Shown: positions 17,551-27,342, counted from the first letter of the stretch. The stretch: 64,000 bases of DNA from Solirubrobacteraceae bacterium (GCA_034664295.1 JAXDHV010000014.1:1-64000), one strand, 5' to 3'. A program made the numbers and translations. The notes: generated from the sequence alone by a model not told the origin.

Positions 17551-18076
17551 ATGAAGAAGCTGAGCACTGACGACCGAGCAGCCGCGATGACCGAGGGGGT
17601 CAGCTTCCATGACGTGCCGATGCCACGGGGACTGGCGTTCGCGATCTCGCACATCGAGTCGCACGGCGCACCCGTCTCGATCTTCTCGGCCGACCGGACG
17701 GTCGCGGCGATCACGGCGCACAACAAGGAGTTCGGGACGACCCTCCACGCCCAGCAGTACCTCTTCGACAACCAGGGCAAGCCCGGGTTCAACCCGGCGA
17801 ATCCGCCGACTCGAACGAGCCACTGCCTACAAGAACACAAAGGGACAGGTCATTTCAGTCGGTGGCAGGATCCCGTGGTACTCGCTCGGGATCGATCTCT
17901 GCGACAGGCGCAAGGTCGAGGACGTCAGCTCGTTCCTGCGGGTCCCACACTCGCTCGGCTACGAATTCGTCCAGCCGTACACGTCCGGTGCGGAGAAGCA
18001 TCATGTGATCAGCGTCAAGAGCCCGATCGCGACGCTCGAGCACTGGAACGTGATCTCCAGGAACCGGACCGCATGA
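17551..18076 (+). pseudogene. hypothetical protein split by a frameshift near 17830-17845
   Basis: Frame A (17551..about 17835) and frame B (about 17838..18076) both look coding. Junction falls in a locally AT-richer stretch. Confidence 0.45.
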
Positions 18077-18128
18077 CCGGCACGCGTCTTCCCCGATCGG
18101 CAGGAGCAGGCGATATGGTGGGCTCACG

Positions 18129-18812
18129 ATGACGCCGGTCGAGATCCACGGTCGTGCCCTCGGTGTCGAGCGCAACGGGGTGTTCAACAGCTCGAACACG
18201 AGCCCCATCCCCGGCGGCCGGCTCTGGCCCGAGGCCGCCCTGACGTGGACGGCGATGCGCAGCGACTATGTCGCCCAGGGCGGCGATCCCGCCGCATGCG
18301 CGCCCGGCGGTCCGCAGTCGAGCGCACGGACGTTCGCCCAGCAGGTCGCACTCAAGGCTGAGTGGGTGAGCCGGGGTCGTCCGCAGAACGCCGCGACGCC
18401 GGGGACGAGCAACCACGGCTGGGGGATCGCCGTCGACTGCCCGAGCTCCCACGCCCAAGCCTGGATCCTGACCCACGGCGCCAACTACGGCTGGTCGCAC
18501 GACGAAGGCGCACTGGTCGGCGAGCCGTGGCACTTCCGATACGTGGGAGCGTCCGCGGCGAGGCTGCGCCAGCTGACGCGAGATCCGTGGGCCGGCTACA
18601 CCGCGAGCGAGCGCCGCTGGATCACCGAGTACGACCGGCTGGCGAAGGATCAGACGAACGCCCAACGGCGCGGAGTTCTCCGCCGGGTCATGACCGAGCA
18701 GCGCAAGCGGATCTGGAAGGCAGCGCAACCGACCGAATCCGGCGGAGACGGCAAGGGCTGGACGGGTGGCCGCACCCGCCGATACAGATCACTCCTCGCA
18801 CGAACAACCTGA
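18129..18812 (+). CDS. peptidase M15 (VanY/LAS-type zinc D,D- or L,D-peptidase) with the same C-terminal domain as the lysozyme
   Basis: SNHGWGIAVD (SxHxxGxAxD) and EPWHFRY (ExxH) motifs. The C-terminus ERRWITEYDRL...RKRIWKAAQP...GGDGKGWT...RYRSLLART is about 55% identical to the lysozyme tail. Confidence 0.8.
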   Translation: MTPVEIHGRALGVERNGVFNSSNTSPIPGGRLWPEAALTWTAMRSDYVAQGGDPAACAPGGPQSSARTFAQQVALKAEWVSRGRPQNAATPGTSNHGWGIAVDCPSSHAQAWILTHGANYGWSHDEGALVGEPWHFRYVGASAARLRQLTRDPWAGYTASERRWITEYDRLAKDQTNAQRRGVLRRVMTEQRKRIWKAAQPTESGGDGKGWTGGRTRRYRSLLARTT

Positions 18813-18834
18813 GCATCAACGGGGGCATCATCAA

Positions 18835-19239
18835 ATGAACATCATCACCGGCCAACGCCCAGACCTGACTCCGGCGCAGCTCGTCTCGGGGATTCCGATC
18901 CTCGCCGAGCTGCTCCACTCCTTCGGGATCTACAACCTCTCCGTCAGCCAGCAGGATTCCCTCGCCCACGCCGCGACCTGGGCGCTGGCCCTGGTGGCCG
19001 GCGACACGATCCTCCGGGTCGGCCGTGGCGTCGCCACCTCGCGAGTGCAGGCCGCCGGAATAGCTGCCGGGGCCGGCGCGATGCCGGTTCTCCCGGTGAC
19101 ACCAGCCGCCGATCCGGCCGCGCCGGCCGGCGACGCGCTGCCCCAGACCGAGGACATCCCGTCCGACGCCCAGGAGTTCGCCGCTCCCCCGCCTGGCTCA
19201 CCGCCCGCCGTCGCACCGGTGGCGCCACCGCGCGCCTGA
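18835..19239 (+). CDS. small membrane protein, holin-like candidate
   Basis: 134 aa with one clear TM segment (ATWALALVAG) and a Pro/Ala-rich tail. It lies directly downstream of the two peptidoglycan hydrolases. Confidence 0.45.
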   Translation: MNIITGQRPDLTPAQLVSGIPILAELLHSFGIYNLSVSQQDSLAHAATWALALVAGDTILRVGRGVATSRVQAAGIAAGAGAMPVLPVTPAADPAAPAGDALPQTEDIPSDAQEFAAPPPGSPPAVAPVAPPRA

Positions 19240-19252
19240 GGGCCCTGGGACG

Positions 19253-20173
19253 ATGAGGAACGGATGGCAGTCGGTCTCCTACGAGACGTGGAGCGCGACC
19301 TGCGACACCCTCCACGCGCACACGCAGGTTCTCGGCAAGCTCGCCGTCGCCCTCGCGCCGCCCGAACCCCAACTCCAGCATGCCGCCCTGCGGCTGACCG
19401 CCCGCGGCTGGGAGACCGGCCCCCTGCCCGCACCCGGCGGCTCGGGTGCGCTGGTCGTCGCGCTCGACCTGCGCACCCACGAGGCGGTCGCCGAGCACAC
19501 CGGCGGCGGTGTCCGCCGCGTCGCGCTCACCCCGGACCGGCCGGTCGGCCAGGTGACACGTGACCTGCTCGCGGCCGTAGCCGAACTTTCCGGCCCGGTC
19601 ACGATCGACCCGACCCCCCAGGAGGTCCCGTGGACGGTCCCGCTCGACGAGGACGACCACCACGCCACCTATGACACCGACAAGGTCGCCTCGTACTTCG
19701 CCGCCGCGGCCCAGGCCGCCCTCGTCCTCGCCGCCTTCCGCGCGCCCTTTCGCGGGCGATCGACTCCCGTCAACGCCTGGTGGGGCTCCTTCGACCTCGC
19801 CGCCAACCTCTTCTCCGGCCTACCGGCCGAGCCGCCGGCCCCGGACTTCATCATGCGCAACTCGATGGACGTCCAAGAGGTCGCCGTCGGCTGGTGGCCG
19901 GGCGATCCGCGCTACGGAAAAGCCGCCTTCTACGGCTACACCCACCCCGCCCCCGCAGGGTTCGCCGGTGCCGAGCTCGCCCCGACCGAGGCCCGCTGGG
20001 AGGCAGCCCTCGGGGAATACGTCCTCGACTGGGACGACGTCTGCGCGAGCCCCGACCCCCACGCGTGCGCACTCGAGTTCGCCCGCTCGGTCTTCCACCA
20101 CGCGTGCACCGTTTGCAATTGGGATCCCGCCCTCTCGGCCACCGCCGACGCGATCCCGCCGCCCGTCGCCTGA
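19253..20173 (+). CDS. conserved hypothetical protein (DUF5996-like)
   Basis: ETWSATCDTLHAHTQVLGKL N-terminal block, typical of a widespread uncharacterised family. The family assignment is from memory. Confidence 0.5.
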   Translation: MRNGWQSVSYETWSATCDTLHAHTQVLGKLAVALAPPEPQLQHAALRLTARGWETGPLPAPGGSGALVVALDLRTHEAVAEHTGGGVRRVALTPDRPVGQVTRDLLAAVAELSGPVTIDPTPQEVPWTVPLDEDDHHATYDTDKVASYFAAAAQAALVLAAFRAPFRGRSTPVNAWWGSFDLAANLFSGLPAEPPAPDFIMRNSMDVQEVAVGWWPGDPRYGKAAFYGYTHPAPAGFAGAELAPTEARWEAALGEYVLDWDDVCASPDPHACALEFARSVFHHACTVCNWDPALSATADAIPPPVA

Positions 20174-20193
20174 CCGGCGCCCGACGACGAGCC

Positions 20194-20325
20194 CTAGTCG
20201 TCGTCGCTGTCGATGCCGAGCAGATCCTCGTCGGCGACCGGCAGGAGCGTCTCCGGATCCTCGTCGTCGAGCAGGTCGTCGGGGTCCAAGGCCTCGGCGT
20301 CGTCCCAGGCTTCTGAAGCCTCCAT
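20194..20325 (-). CDS. small highly acidic protein (43 aa), hypothetical
   Basis: MEASEAWDDAEALDPDDLLDDEDPETLLPVADEDLLGIDSDDD. No clear Shine-Dalgarno. Below the ORF-track size cut-off. Confidence 0.25.
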   Translation of the reverse strand: MEASEAWDDAEALDPDDLLDDEDPETLLPVADEDLLGIDSDDD

Positions 20326-20395
20326 GTCCGGAAGGATAGGCACCGTCCGACGAGTGTCAAGTCCGGCAACCACTCGGCAACGCCGACACTACGAC

Positions 20396-22372
20396 CTAGC
20401 GGCTGCCCGGTCCGTACACGGCGTAGCCGAGATCCCTGAAGAGGGCCCGCTCCCCGGCCAGGCAGCGAGCCGCCGTGAACGCCCGGAAGCCCGGGAAGAC
20501 GAACGTCGTCACGACCACCCACCCGGCCCGCGCCCTCGCCCGCACCGCCCCGCACGGCTCCTGCGCCCCGATCAACTCGAGCCGGTGCTGGAAGCGATCC
20601 CCGACCAGCGTCGCGACCGTCAGGTCGGCCATCGAGATCGTCGCCGACCCGTCGACGTAGCCGGGCTGGCGGTCAAACCAAGCCACCGGCCCGACGAACG
20701 GCGCGTCGGCGGCCGCGACCGACCGCCCGAGGAACCCGCCCGACCCCCACGCCAGGCCGAGCGCGAGCCCCAGCCCCGCGACGATCCCGACACCGGCCAG
20801 AGCAATCCGCCCGGGTCCCCCCCGGCCCACCAGTCCAGCCGCCAACGCCGCCGAGGCCCCGCCCGCCAGGCCGAGCACCAGCCACCCGGCCGGTGGCGTC
20901 TCGATCGACGTCGGCACGTACCTGCTCGCCCCCGCCAGGTTCACGACGAGGCCGGCGCCGAGCAGTCCGAGCGCAACCGTGCAACCCCTGCGACTCGCTC
21001 GCCCCAGCAGGCCGACCGCCACCCCCGCGGCCACCAGCACCGGCAGGACGTAGCGGTTCGTCGACGCCGTCAGCTCCCAGAGCCCGGGGTTCGTCGGTGC
21101 CCCGGTGACCGGCGCGCTCGCCCACCCCAGCAGACCCAAACCGACCGCCCCGCCCGCCAGGACGACGGGCCGCCGGCGGCTGACCAGCGCGCCGAGCAGG
21201 CCCCCCGCGAGGAGGATCCACGCGCCGCCGAGCTGCCATGTGTATGAGTCCCTGTAGATCTTCACCGGCCCATCGATCGTCGCCACCGGCCGCGACAGGA
21301 ACGACGGCTCGAGCGGCACGAGGAAGCTCGGGACCGGATCGCCGCCCCGCAGGCTGAGAAACGGCCACAGTGGCGAGCCGTGATCTAAGAAGTCACGCAC
21401 GTACCAAAGGCCGCCGAGGACCCCCGCCGCGACCACGGCCGGCCCGAGCCAGGCCGACATCCCGAGCAGCCGCCGCCGGTGCACCCACCCACCCGCCAGG
21501 AACACCAGCACCACCTCCGGCGCCACGGTCGTCTTCGTCCCGACCGCCAAGCCGCCCGCGAGCACGCCCGCCGCGAGCAGCCGCGGCCGCTCGATCGAGC
21601 ATGCGACCAGCGCTCCGCAGACCGCCAGCCAGCAGACGCCCGGCAGATCGGTTCCCGCGGTCGGGATCTGCTGGAGGAGGACCGGGACCGTTCCGAGGAC
21701 GCCCACGCAGAGGCCGCCGATCACGGCCGGGACGCGGAGCGCCCGGAGGCCGACCGATCCGGCCGCGAGCAGGAGGAGGTAGAGCATCGGGCTCCACAGG
21801 GTCGGCCCCGCGAACCCCCGCGAGATTCCCGCGATCCACGCGAGCGCCACCTCGTTGGTCAGGGGATAGCTCCCGAACGGGAGGTCGTAGCTCAGCGAGA
21901 CTGTCGATCCCGGCCGGCCGTTGCGGACCCACGCAGCCACGTCGTTGAGGTGGTACAGCGCCGCGTCGATTCCGATCGTCGGGTTCGCGATCAGCCACCC
22001 GCAGATCGCGACCCACCCGCCGGCGGCGGCTCCCCACGCGAGCCGCTCGGCCCGCGTTCGATCAGCCCACCATCCGGCCGCCGAAAGGCGCAGACCCGGC
22101 GGACGGGGACGGCCGGGGGCTGGCCCGGCGAGCGCGAGGCGGGTGAGCGCCCACGTGAGGATCGCTGCCCCCGCCAGCAGCCACGCCGACGATCCGAGCG
22201 AGAACAGACCCAGGCCGAGCGCCTCCAGCACCGCAAGCGACGTCGCGATCGGCGCGGCCGCGACGACGCGCACGAGGCCATCGCCCCCAAGTCGCCCAGC
22301 CACCCGCAGGCCGGTCGCGGCGAGCACGGCGATCGCGAGCACGAGGAGCACCTCGTGTCCTGCACCGCTCAC
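20396..22372 (-). CDS. large polytopic membrane protein, putative GT-C-fold glycosyltransferase (paralog 2)
   Basis: 658 aa. GTG start with a GGAGGG Shine-Dalgarno 8 nt upstream. Shares the conserved blocks of paralog 1 (YHLN, AWVRNGRPGS, YPLTNEV, GTKTT, SPLWP, LEPSFLSRP). Confidence 0.6.
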   Translation of the reverse strand: MSGAGHEVLLVLAIAVLAATGLRVAGRLGGDGLVRVVAAAPIATSLAVLEALGLGLFSLGSSAWLLAGAAILTWALTRLALAGPAPGRPRPPGLRLSAAGWWADRTRAERLAWGAAAGGWVAICGWLIANPTIGIDAALYHLNDVAAWVRNGRPGSTVSLSYDLPFGSYPLTNEVALAWIAGISRGFAGPTLWSPMLYLLLLAAGSVGLRALRVPAVIGGLCVGVLGTVPVLLQQIPTAGTDLPGVCWLAVCGALVACSIERPRLLAAGVLAGGLAVGTKTTVAPEVVLVFLAGGWVHRRRLLGMSAWLGPAVVAAGVLGGLWYVRDFLDHGSPLWPFLSLRGGDPVPSFLVPLEPSFLSRPVATIDGPVKIYRDSYTWQLGGAWILLAGGLLGALVSRRRPVVLAGGAVGLGLLGWASAPVTGAPTNPGLWELTASTNRYVLPVLVAAGVAVGLLGRASRRGCTVALGLLGAGLVVNLAGASRYVPTSIETPPAGWLVLGLAGGASAALAAGLVGRGGPGRIALAGVGIVAGLGLALGLAWGSGGFLGRSVAAADAPFVGPVAWFDRQPGYVDGSATISMADLTVATLVGDRFQHRLELIGAQEPCGAVRARARAGWVVVTTFVFPGFRAFTAARCLAGERALFRDLGYAVYGPGSR

Positions 22373-22699
22373 GGTTGAGCCCTCCCCCACGGCGCGGAGG
22401 CTAGACCATCCAGCCGATTGTGCTACTGTCACTCCGCAGGCTCGGTCCCCGAAGATGGTCATCTCACACGAGATGTCTGCACTGATCGACTGAGCCGAGA
22501 CGGAGCCGACGCGCTCCTCCACACTGCCGGGTCCGGATGTTCCCAAGCGGGCTCGGCCACACCGGCGGCGCTCACCAGTCCGCCAAAGCCAGAGCCGGAG
22601 TCGCCTTGCGCGGCCTGCCCGCTTCGACGCGCTCCGCCTTCCACGCCCGAACGCCGCAGACGTCCGTCTGTGCAGGGCATACGACAGAGAGAAAACATC

Positions 22700-23341
22700 A
22701 TGAATCGCCATCACCAACGGCTCCGCAACGGAATCGTCGCCTCCCTGACCGGCGGCCTCGCCGTCTTCGGAGTCGCGACCGTCGCCCCCGTCGCCGCCAA
22801 TGCCGCACAGGCCTGCACGAGCACGATCAGCGGCGCACACAGCGGTGTGATCAACGTTCCGGCCCAGCAGACACTGTGTCTTCGCAACGCCGTCCAGGAT
22901 GGTGCGGTGAACGTCGCCCCGGGCGGCGGCCTGTCGGTGCTCGGCTCGACCGTCACGGGTGCCGTGACGCTCAAGGCCGGCTACTCGAGCCTGACCTTCT
23001 GCGCCAGCCAGACCGTTCGTGGCGCGATCTCGGCGACCGGCGGCTCCGGTCCGGTCGAGATCGGTGGCGCCGGCCTGCTCGGCTCGCTGTTCTGCCCGTC
23101 CAACACGATCGACGGTGCGGTCACCCTGGATTCCAACCTCGCCGGCGTGACGCTCGCCGGCAATCAGATCAACGGTGCGGTGACGGCCAGCGCGAACCTC
23201 GACGGGACGACGATCTCGGGCAACCGGATCGCGGGCTCCCTGACCTGCACGACGAATGCCCCGCCGCCGACGAACGCCGGCGTGCGCAATGCGGTCGGTG
23301 GCGGCCGCTCGGGCCAGACCTGCTCGGTGCTCACCTTCTGA
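22700..23341 (+). CDS. secreted repeat protein (beta-helix-like G-x-V-T repeats), hypothetical
   Basis: Signal peptide (LTGGLAVFGVATVAPVAANA), periodic roughly 22-aa repeats (GSTVTGAVTL.., NTIDGAVTL.., NQINGAVTA.., NRIAGSLT) and paired Cys residues. Confidence 0.55.
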   Translation: MNRHHQRLRNGIVASLTGGLAVFGVATVAPVAANAAQACTSTISGAHSGVINVPAQQTLCLRNAVQDGAVNVAPGGGLSVLGSTVTGAVTLKAGYSSLTFCASQTVRGAISATGGSGPVEIGGAGLLGSLFCPSNTIDGAVTLDSNLAGVTLAGNQINGAVTASANLDGTTISGNRIAGSLTCTTNAPPPTNAGVRNAVGGGRSGQTCSVLTF

Positions 23342-23395
23342 GCCCGGCCATCCCCCCGGCCGCAGCCGGCCGGGGGGATCGGCGATGATGCCGGC

Positions 23396-24238
23396 GTGCC
23401 GATCGATGCGACCGTCGCGCCGGGTCTCGCCGAGCGGATCGAGGCGATGAGCTGGTACCACACGATGGACCTCGGTCCCGGCCTCGTCACGCCCGGCTTC
23501 TTCGACACCCGGCCGACCGTCGCCCGCGTACCCCTCCCGGAGTCGCTCGCCGGGATGCGCTGCCTCGACGTCGGCACGTGGGACGGCTTCTGGGCCTTTG
23601 AGATGGAGCGGCGCGGCGCCGCTTCGGTCACCGCGATCGACATCGAGGATCCCGCGCGGTGGGACTGGCCGCCCCAGACCCGGGTCGGCGAGCACTACAC
23701 GAGCGGTCGGCAGATCCTCGACGAGTTCAAGGGCGGCGGTCAGGCCTTCGCGCTCGCCCGCGAGGCCCTCTGCTCGCAGGTCGAGCGAGTCGACGTCAGC
23801 ATCTACGACCTCGACCCCGACGTCCACGGCCGGTTCGACTTCGTCTTCCTCGGCAGCCTCCTCCTCCACCTCCGCGACCCGATCCGCGCGCTCGACCGCC
23901 TCCGGGGGGTCTGCGGCGGTGAGCTCGTGATCGCCGAGATGGTCGAGGCGATCCCGTCGTGGCTGCGCCCCCGGACGCCGACCGTCCGCCTCGAGGGGAT
24001 CGAGCGGCCGTGGTGGTGGCAGCCGAACGTCGCCGCCCTCCACCGGATGGTCGAGAGCGCCGGCTTCGAGATCCTCCGGCGGACGCCGATCTACTTCCTC
24101 CCCCACGGCGCCGCCCATCCGAAGGCCCCCCGGCGGGCGATGGTCCGCCTCGCTCTCACCCCGGCCGGCCGAGAGCAGCTGATCGGCGTCTGGCGCGGCC
24201 TCCCCCACGCCGCCGTGCTCGCCCGCCCCGCGGCCTGA
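23396..24238 (+). CDS. class I SAM-dependent methyltransferase, CmoB/DUF1698-like (paralog 2 of 3)
   Basis: WYHTMDLGPGLVTPG, LDVGTWDGFWAFEMERRGA and LHLRDPIRAL. The start could be GTG 23396 or ATG 23446. Confidence 0.75.
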   Translation: MPIDATVAPGLAERIEAMSWYHTMDLGPGLVTPGFFDTRPTVARVPLPESLAGMRCLDVGTWDGFWAFEMERRGAASVTAIDIEDPARWDWPPQTRVGEHYTSGRQILDEFKGGGQAFALAREALCSQVERVDVSIYDLDPDVHGRFDFVFLGSLLLHLRDPIRALDRLRGVCGGELVIAEMVEAIPSWLRPRTPTVRLEGIERPWWWQPNVAALHRMVESAGFEILRRTPIYFLPHGAAHPKAPRRAMVRLALTPAGREQLIGVWRGLPHAAVLARPAA

Positions 24239-24251
24239 TCGGCAGGCGCCC

Positions 24252-25760
24252 GTGAGCGCGAGTCCGCCGCCCGAGGTTCCCGAGGACGCGCCCGACAGAG
24301 TCCCGGCCGAGGCGCTCGGCCTCCGGCGGCGGGCTGCCCGCGGGATGCTGATCAACGCCGTCTTCCTCGCCGGCCTGACGTCCCTCGGCCTGCTCAAGGG
24401 CTTCGTCGTCGCCGCGTTTCTCAGCCGCACCGACTACGGCGTCTGGGGCCTCCTCGTCGTGACGCTCGGAACGCTCAGCTGGCTCAAGCAGATCGGCGTC
24501 TCTGACCGCTATGTCCAGCAGGACGACGACGACCAGGAGCTGGCCTTCCAGCGGGCCTTCACGCTCGAGATCCTCTTCAGCGGGGCCTTCTGCGTCCTCG
24601 CGGCGGTCGTCGTCGGTCTGACCGCCGTCCTCTACGGCCGGGCCGGGCTCCTCGCTCCCGGCTTCGCCCTCCTCCTGACGATCCCCGCCTACATCCTCCA
24701 GTCACCGCTCTGGGTCTTCTACAAGCGGATGGAGTTCCTCCGCCAGCGCCGGCTCGAGGTGCTCGAGCCGATCGTCGGCTTTCTCGTCACGGTCGGCCTC
24801 GCGATCGCCGGCGCCGGCTACTGGAGCCTGATCGTCGGGATGGTCGCCGGCGCCTGGATCGGCGCGCTCGCGATCCTCCGGGCCGCTCCCTACCGGCTCG
24901 CCTTCCGCTACGAGGCGGGGACCGTCCGCCAGTACATCAGCTTCTCCTGGCCCCTCGCCCTGGCCGGGGTCGGCGGGATCATCGTCGCCCAGAGCTCGAT
25001 CATCGCCGGGAACGCCGCCCTCGGGTTGGCCGGTGTCGGCTCGATCGCCCTGGCCAGCTCGATCGTCCTGTACACCACGCAGGTCGACCAGATCGTCAGC
25101 CAGACGCTCTACCCGGCGATCTGCGCCGTCTCCGACAAGCCGGATCTCCTCTTCGAGTCGTTCGTCAAGTCCAATCGCCTCGGCCTGATGTGGGGCGTCC
25201 CGCTCGGCGTCGCGATCGCCCTCTTCATGCCGGACCTCGTCGACTTCGGGCTCGGCGCCCGCTGGCGGCCGGCCCTCGCCCTGATCCAGATCTTCGGCCT
25301 GATCGCCGCAGCCGACCAGATCGCGTTCAACTGGGACGACTACTACCGCGCACGGGCCGACACGCGACCGATCGCGGTCGTGAGCATCGTCACGATGCTC
25401 GCGTGCGTCACCACGGCGATCCCCCTCCTGCTGATCGACGGCCTGACCGGATTCGGAATCGGCATGGCGTTCGCCGCGGCGGTCGGGATCGCCGGTCGGA
25501 TCATCTACATGGTCCGCCTCTTCCCGTCCTTCGGCGTCCTCCGCCACAGCACCCAGGCGATCCTCCCGACGATTCCGGGAGCCATCGTCGTGCTGGTCCT
25601 CCGCGAGCTCGACGGTCGCCGGACGGTCGGCGTCGCGATCGGCGAGGCGGCCGCGTTCCTACTCGTGACGGCGGCCGTCACGCTCTACCTCGAGCGGCCG
25701 CTGCTGCGCGAGGTCACCGGGTATCTGCGCAATGCGCGGGGAGCGGCCGGCGGGGCCTAA
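24252..25760 (+). CDS. Wzx-like polysaccharide/oligosaccharide flippase (MOP superfamily)
   Basis: 502 aa with about 12-14 TM segments, typical of polysaccharide biosynthesis flippases. Confidence 0.75.
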   Translation: MSASPPPEVPEDAPDRVPAEALGLRRRAARGMLINAVFLAGLTSLGLLKGFVVAAFLSRTDYGVWGLLVVTLGTLSWLKQIGVSDRYVQQDDDDQELAFQRAFTLEILFSGAFCVLAAVVVGLTAVLYGRAGLLAPGFALLLTIPAYILQSPLWVFYKRMEFLRQRRLEVLEPIVGFLVTVGLAIAGAGYWSLIVGMVAGAWIGALAILRAAPYRLAFRYEAGTVRQYISFSWPLALAGVGGIIVAQSSIIAGNAALGLAGVGSIALASSIVLYTTQVDQIVSQTLYPAICAVSDKPDLLFESFVKSNRLGLMWGVPLGVAIALFMPDLVDFGLGARWRPALALIQIFGLIAAADQIAFNWDDYYRARADTRPIAVVSIVTMLACVTTAIPLLLIDGLTGFGIGMAFAAAVGIAGRIIYMVRLFPSFGVLRHSTQAILPTIPGAIVVLVLRELDGRRTVGVAIGEAAAFLLVTAAVTLYLERPLLREVTGYLRNARGAAGGA

Positions 25761-25820
25761 GGGGTCTGACGGGGGGCGGGCCTCTTGACGGAAGAGGGGC
25801 GTGGTGTCCCTTTCGGAAAG

Positions 25821-25843
25821 TAGTTGCCAGCGGCTGGCAACTA
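25821..25843. promoter_or_regulatory. 23-bp near-perfect palindrome TAGTTGCCAGcgGCTGGCAACTA
   Basis: Lies 60 nt downstream of the flippase stop in a 725-bp gap without an intact gene. Confidence 0.3.
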
Positions 25844-25899
25844 TCTGTTGAGAGACCGCAATCTCCTCCCCCTCGGGCCCGACCGAGCCACCAGAGAGC

Positions 25900-26320
25900 G
25901 GACGCTCCCCCGACCGCGGGGATCACGTCACCTTGGTCGACCACGCCGCGTCCCAGGTCTTGGCCCGACGATCCCGTCCACCCCGAGTTTCTTCTCCGCC
26001 TGGAACTTCCGGCAGATGGCCTGCGACGCGCCGTCGTAGATGCCGCTCGCCGTGATTCGGCCAGCCTCGATGCGCCATCTGTGCCTGCCACTTGCGACCG
26101 GCTTCGCCGGTCGTCATGGGTGGCTGGTGCAGCGCCCGGCCCGGGAAGGGCGGAGCTGCGTGCGGCGCGGCGGGCGGCGTCGGTCCGGTCGGGGACGCGT
26201 CACCGAAGAAGCTGTCGGACGTCAGCGACACGTCGATGTTGCGACCTTTGAACTGAGGCGGGAGCGTGTTCCGCGGTTGCGGTGAACCCCACTGGGTGGC
26301 GTCGGCCACCCCCGTCGACC
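25900..26320 (-). pseudogene. remnant of a peptidoglycan-binding-domain (PG_binding_1) protein with frameshifts
   Basis: Minus-strand frames give ASGIYDGASQAICRKFQAEKKLGVDGIVGP then, in another frame, KTWDAAWSTKVT (the classic PGBD ending). High GC3 suggests a former coding region. At least two frame changes are present. Confidence 0.35.
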
Positions 26321-26484
26321 GGAGAGTCTCCTCGCCGCGGTCTGATCGAATGAGTCGCCGGTCCCCCGGACGCCGTCGCGTCGATGCTCTCGGCCTGGTC
26401 GACGTCGAGTCCGGACGCGTGGGGGCAACCTATTGACTCACCATCACCCGATGTGTGAGATCGGACACACTCGCCAGACCGCAG

Positions 26485-27342
26485 TCAGCGGGCGCGTCGC
26501 AGCTCAGCAGCCGCCGAGCCGACCACTCGGGCGGCGTACTCCAGGCGCGCCAACCACAAGAGGTCGCGGTCGACCTCGGGGTCCCCACCCCTGCTGGTGA
26601 GTGCCCAGTCGCCCCTCACGGCTGGGGAGGGGTGGCGCCAGTAGCGCCAGCCCACCGCCATCGCCAGGCGGTGGTGGTGTTGATTGCTTGACCACCCGTG
26701 ACGAAACGCCCGCCCCAGGATCGGCCGCAGGCGGGTCTCCGGATCGTGGTGGACGACGGCGTCCGCGCAGTAGGAAAGCTCATGGCCGGCCGCCCGGGCG
26801 CGCAGGCAGAGGTCGACGTCCTCACCGATCTGGAGGTACGCCGGGTCGAAGCCGCCGATCGCCTCGAGCACCGCACGCCGGGCGCCGAGGTTGGCGCTGG
26901 CCGCCCAGTGGCGATCGCGGACGTTGGCCTCCTGATCAAAGCGCCACAGCGCCTCGAGACGCTCGCACGGCCCGGGATCCGCAGTCGCGTCGACGACCAC
27001 CGGACCAGCGACGAGCGGCGCACGACCGAGGCAGGAGACGAGCCCGGCGAGCCAGCCCCGGCCCACCCGGCAGTCGCCGTCGGTGAAGGCGATCAGCGGC
27101 GCCCCGGCCGCCGCGACCCCGACGTTCCGGGCGCGGGCGCGGTTGGCCCACGATTCCGAGATCACCACCGCCCCGCTCGCCCGACCGACCTCGGCGGCCC
27201 GTTCGTCGCGCGATCCGTTGTCGACGACCACGACCTCGAAGCTCGCGCGGTCGAGCGTCTGTGCGGCAAGGCTCGACAGCAGCGCACCGAGGGAGTCTGA
27301 CCCGTCCCGGACGGGAACGACGACGCTGATCTCGAGTGGCAC
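26485..27342 (-). CDS. GT2-family glycosyltransferase
   Basis: ISVVVPVRDGSDSL, VVVVDNGS and IAFTDGDC motifs. Confidence 0.8.
   Translation of the reverse strand: MPLEISVVVPVRDGSDSLGALLSSLAAQTLDRASFEVVVVDNGSRDERAAEVGRASGAVVISESWANRARARNVGVAAAGAPLIAFTDGDCRVGRGWLAGLVSCLGRAPLVAGPVVVDATADPGPCERLEALWRFDQEANVRDRHWAASANLGARRAVLEAIGGFDPAYLQIGEDVDLCLRARAAGHELSYCADAVVHHDPETRLRPILGRAFRHGWSSNQHHHRLAMAVGWRYWRHPSPAVRGDWALTSRGGDPEVDRDLLWLARLEYAARVVGSAAAELRRAR

Noticed and set aside
16846-19239. Intact prophage
   Set aside because: Only lysis-type genes are present. There are no integrase, terminase, capsid, tail or attachment-site repeats, and the flanking genes are chromosomal metabolism genes.
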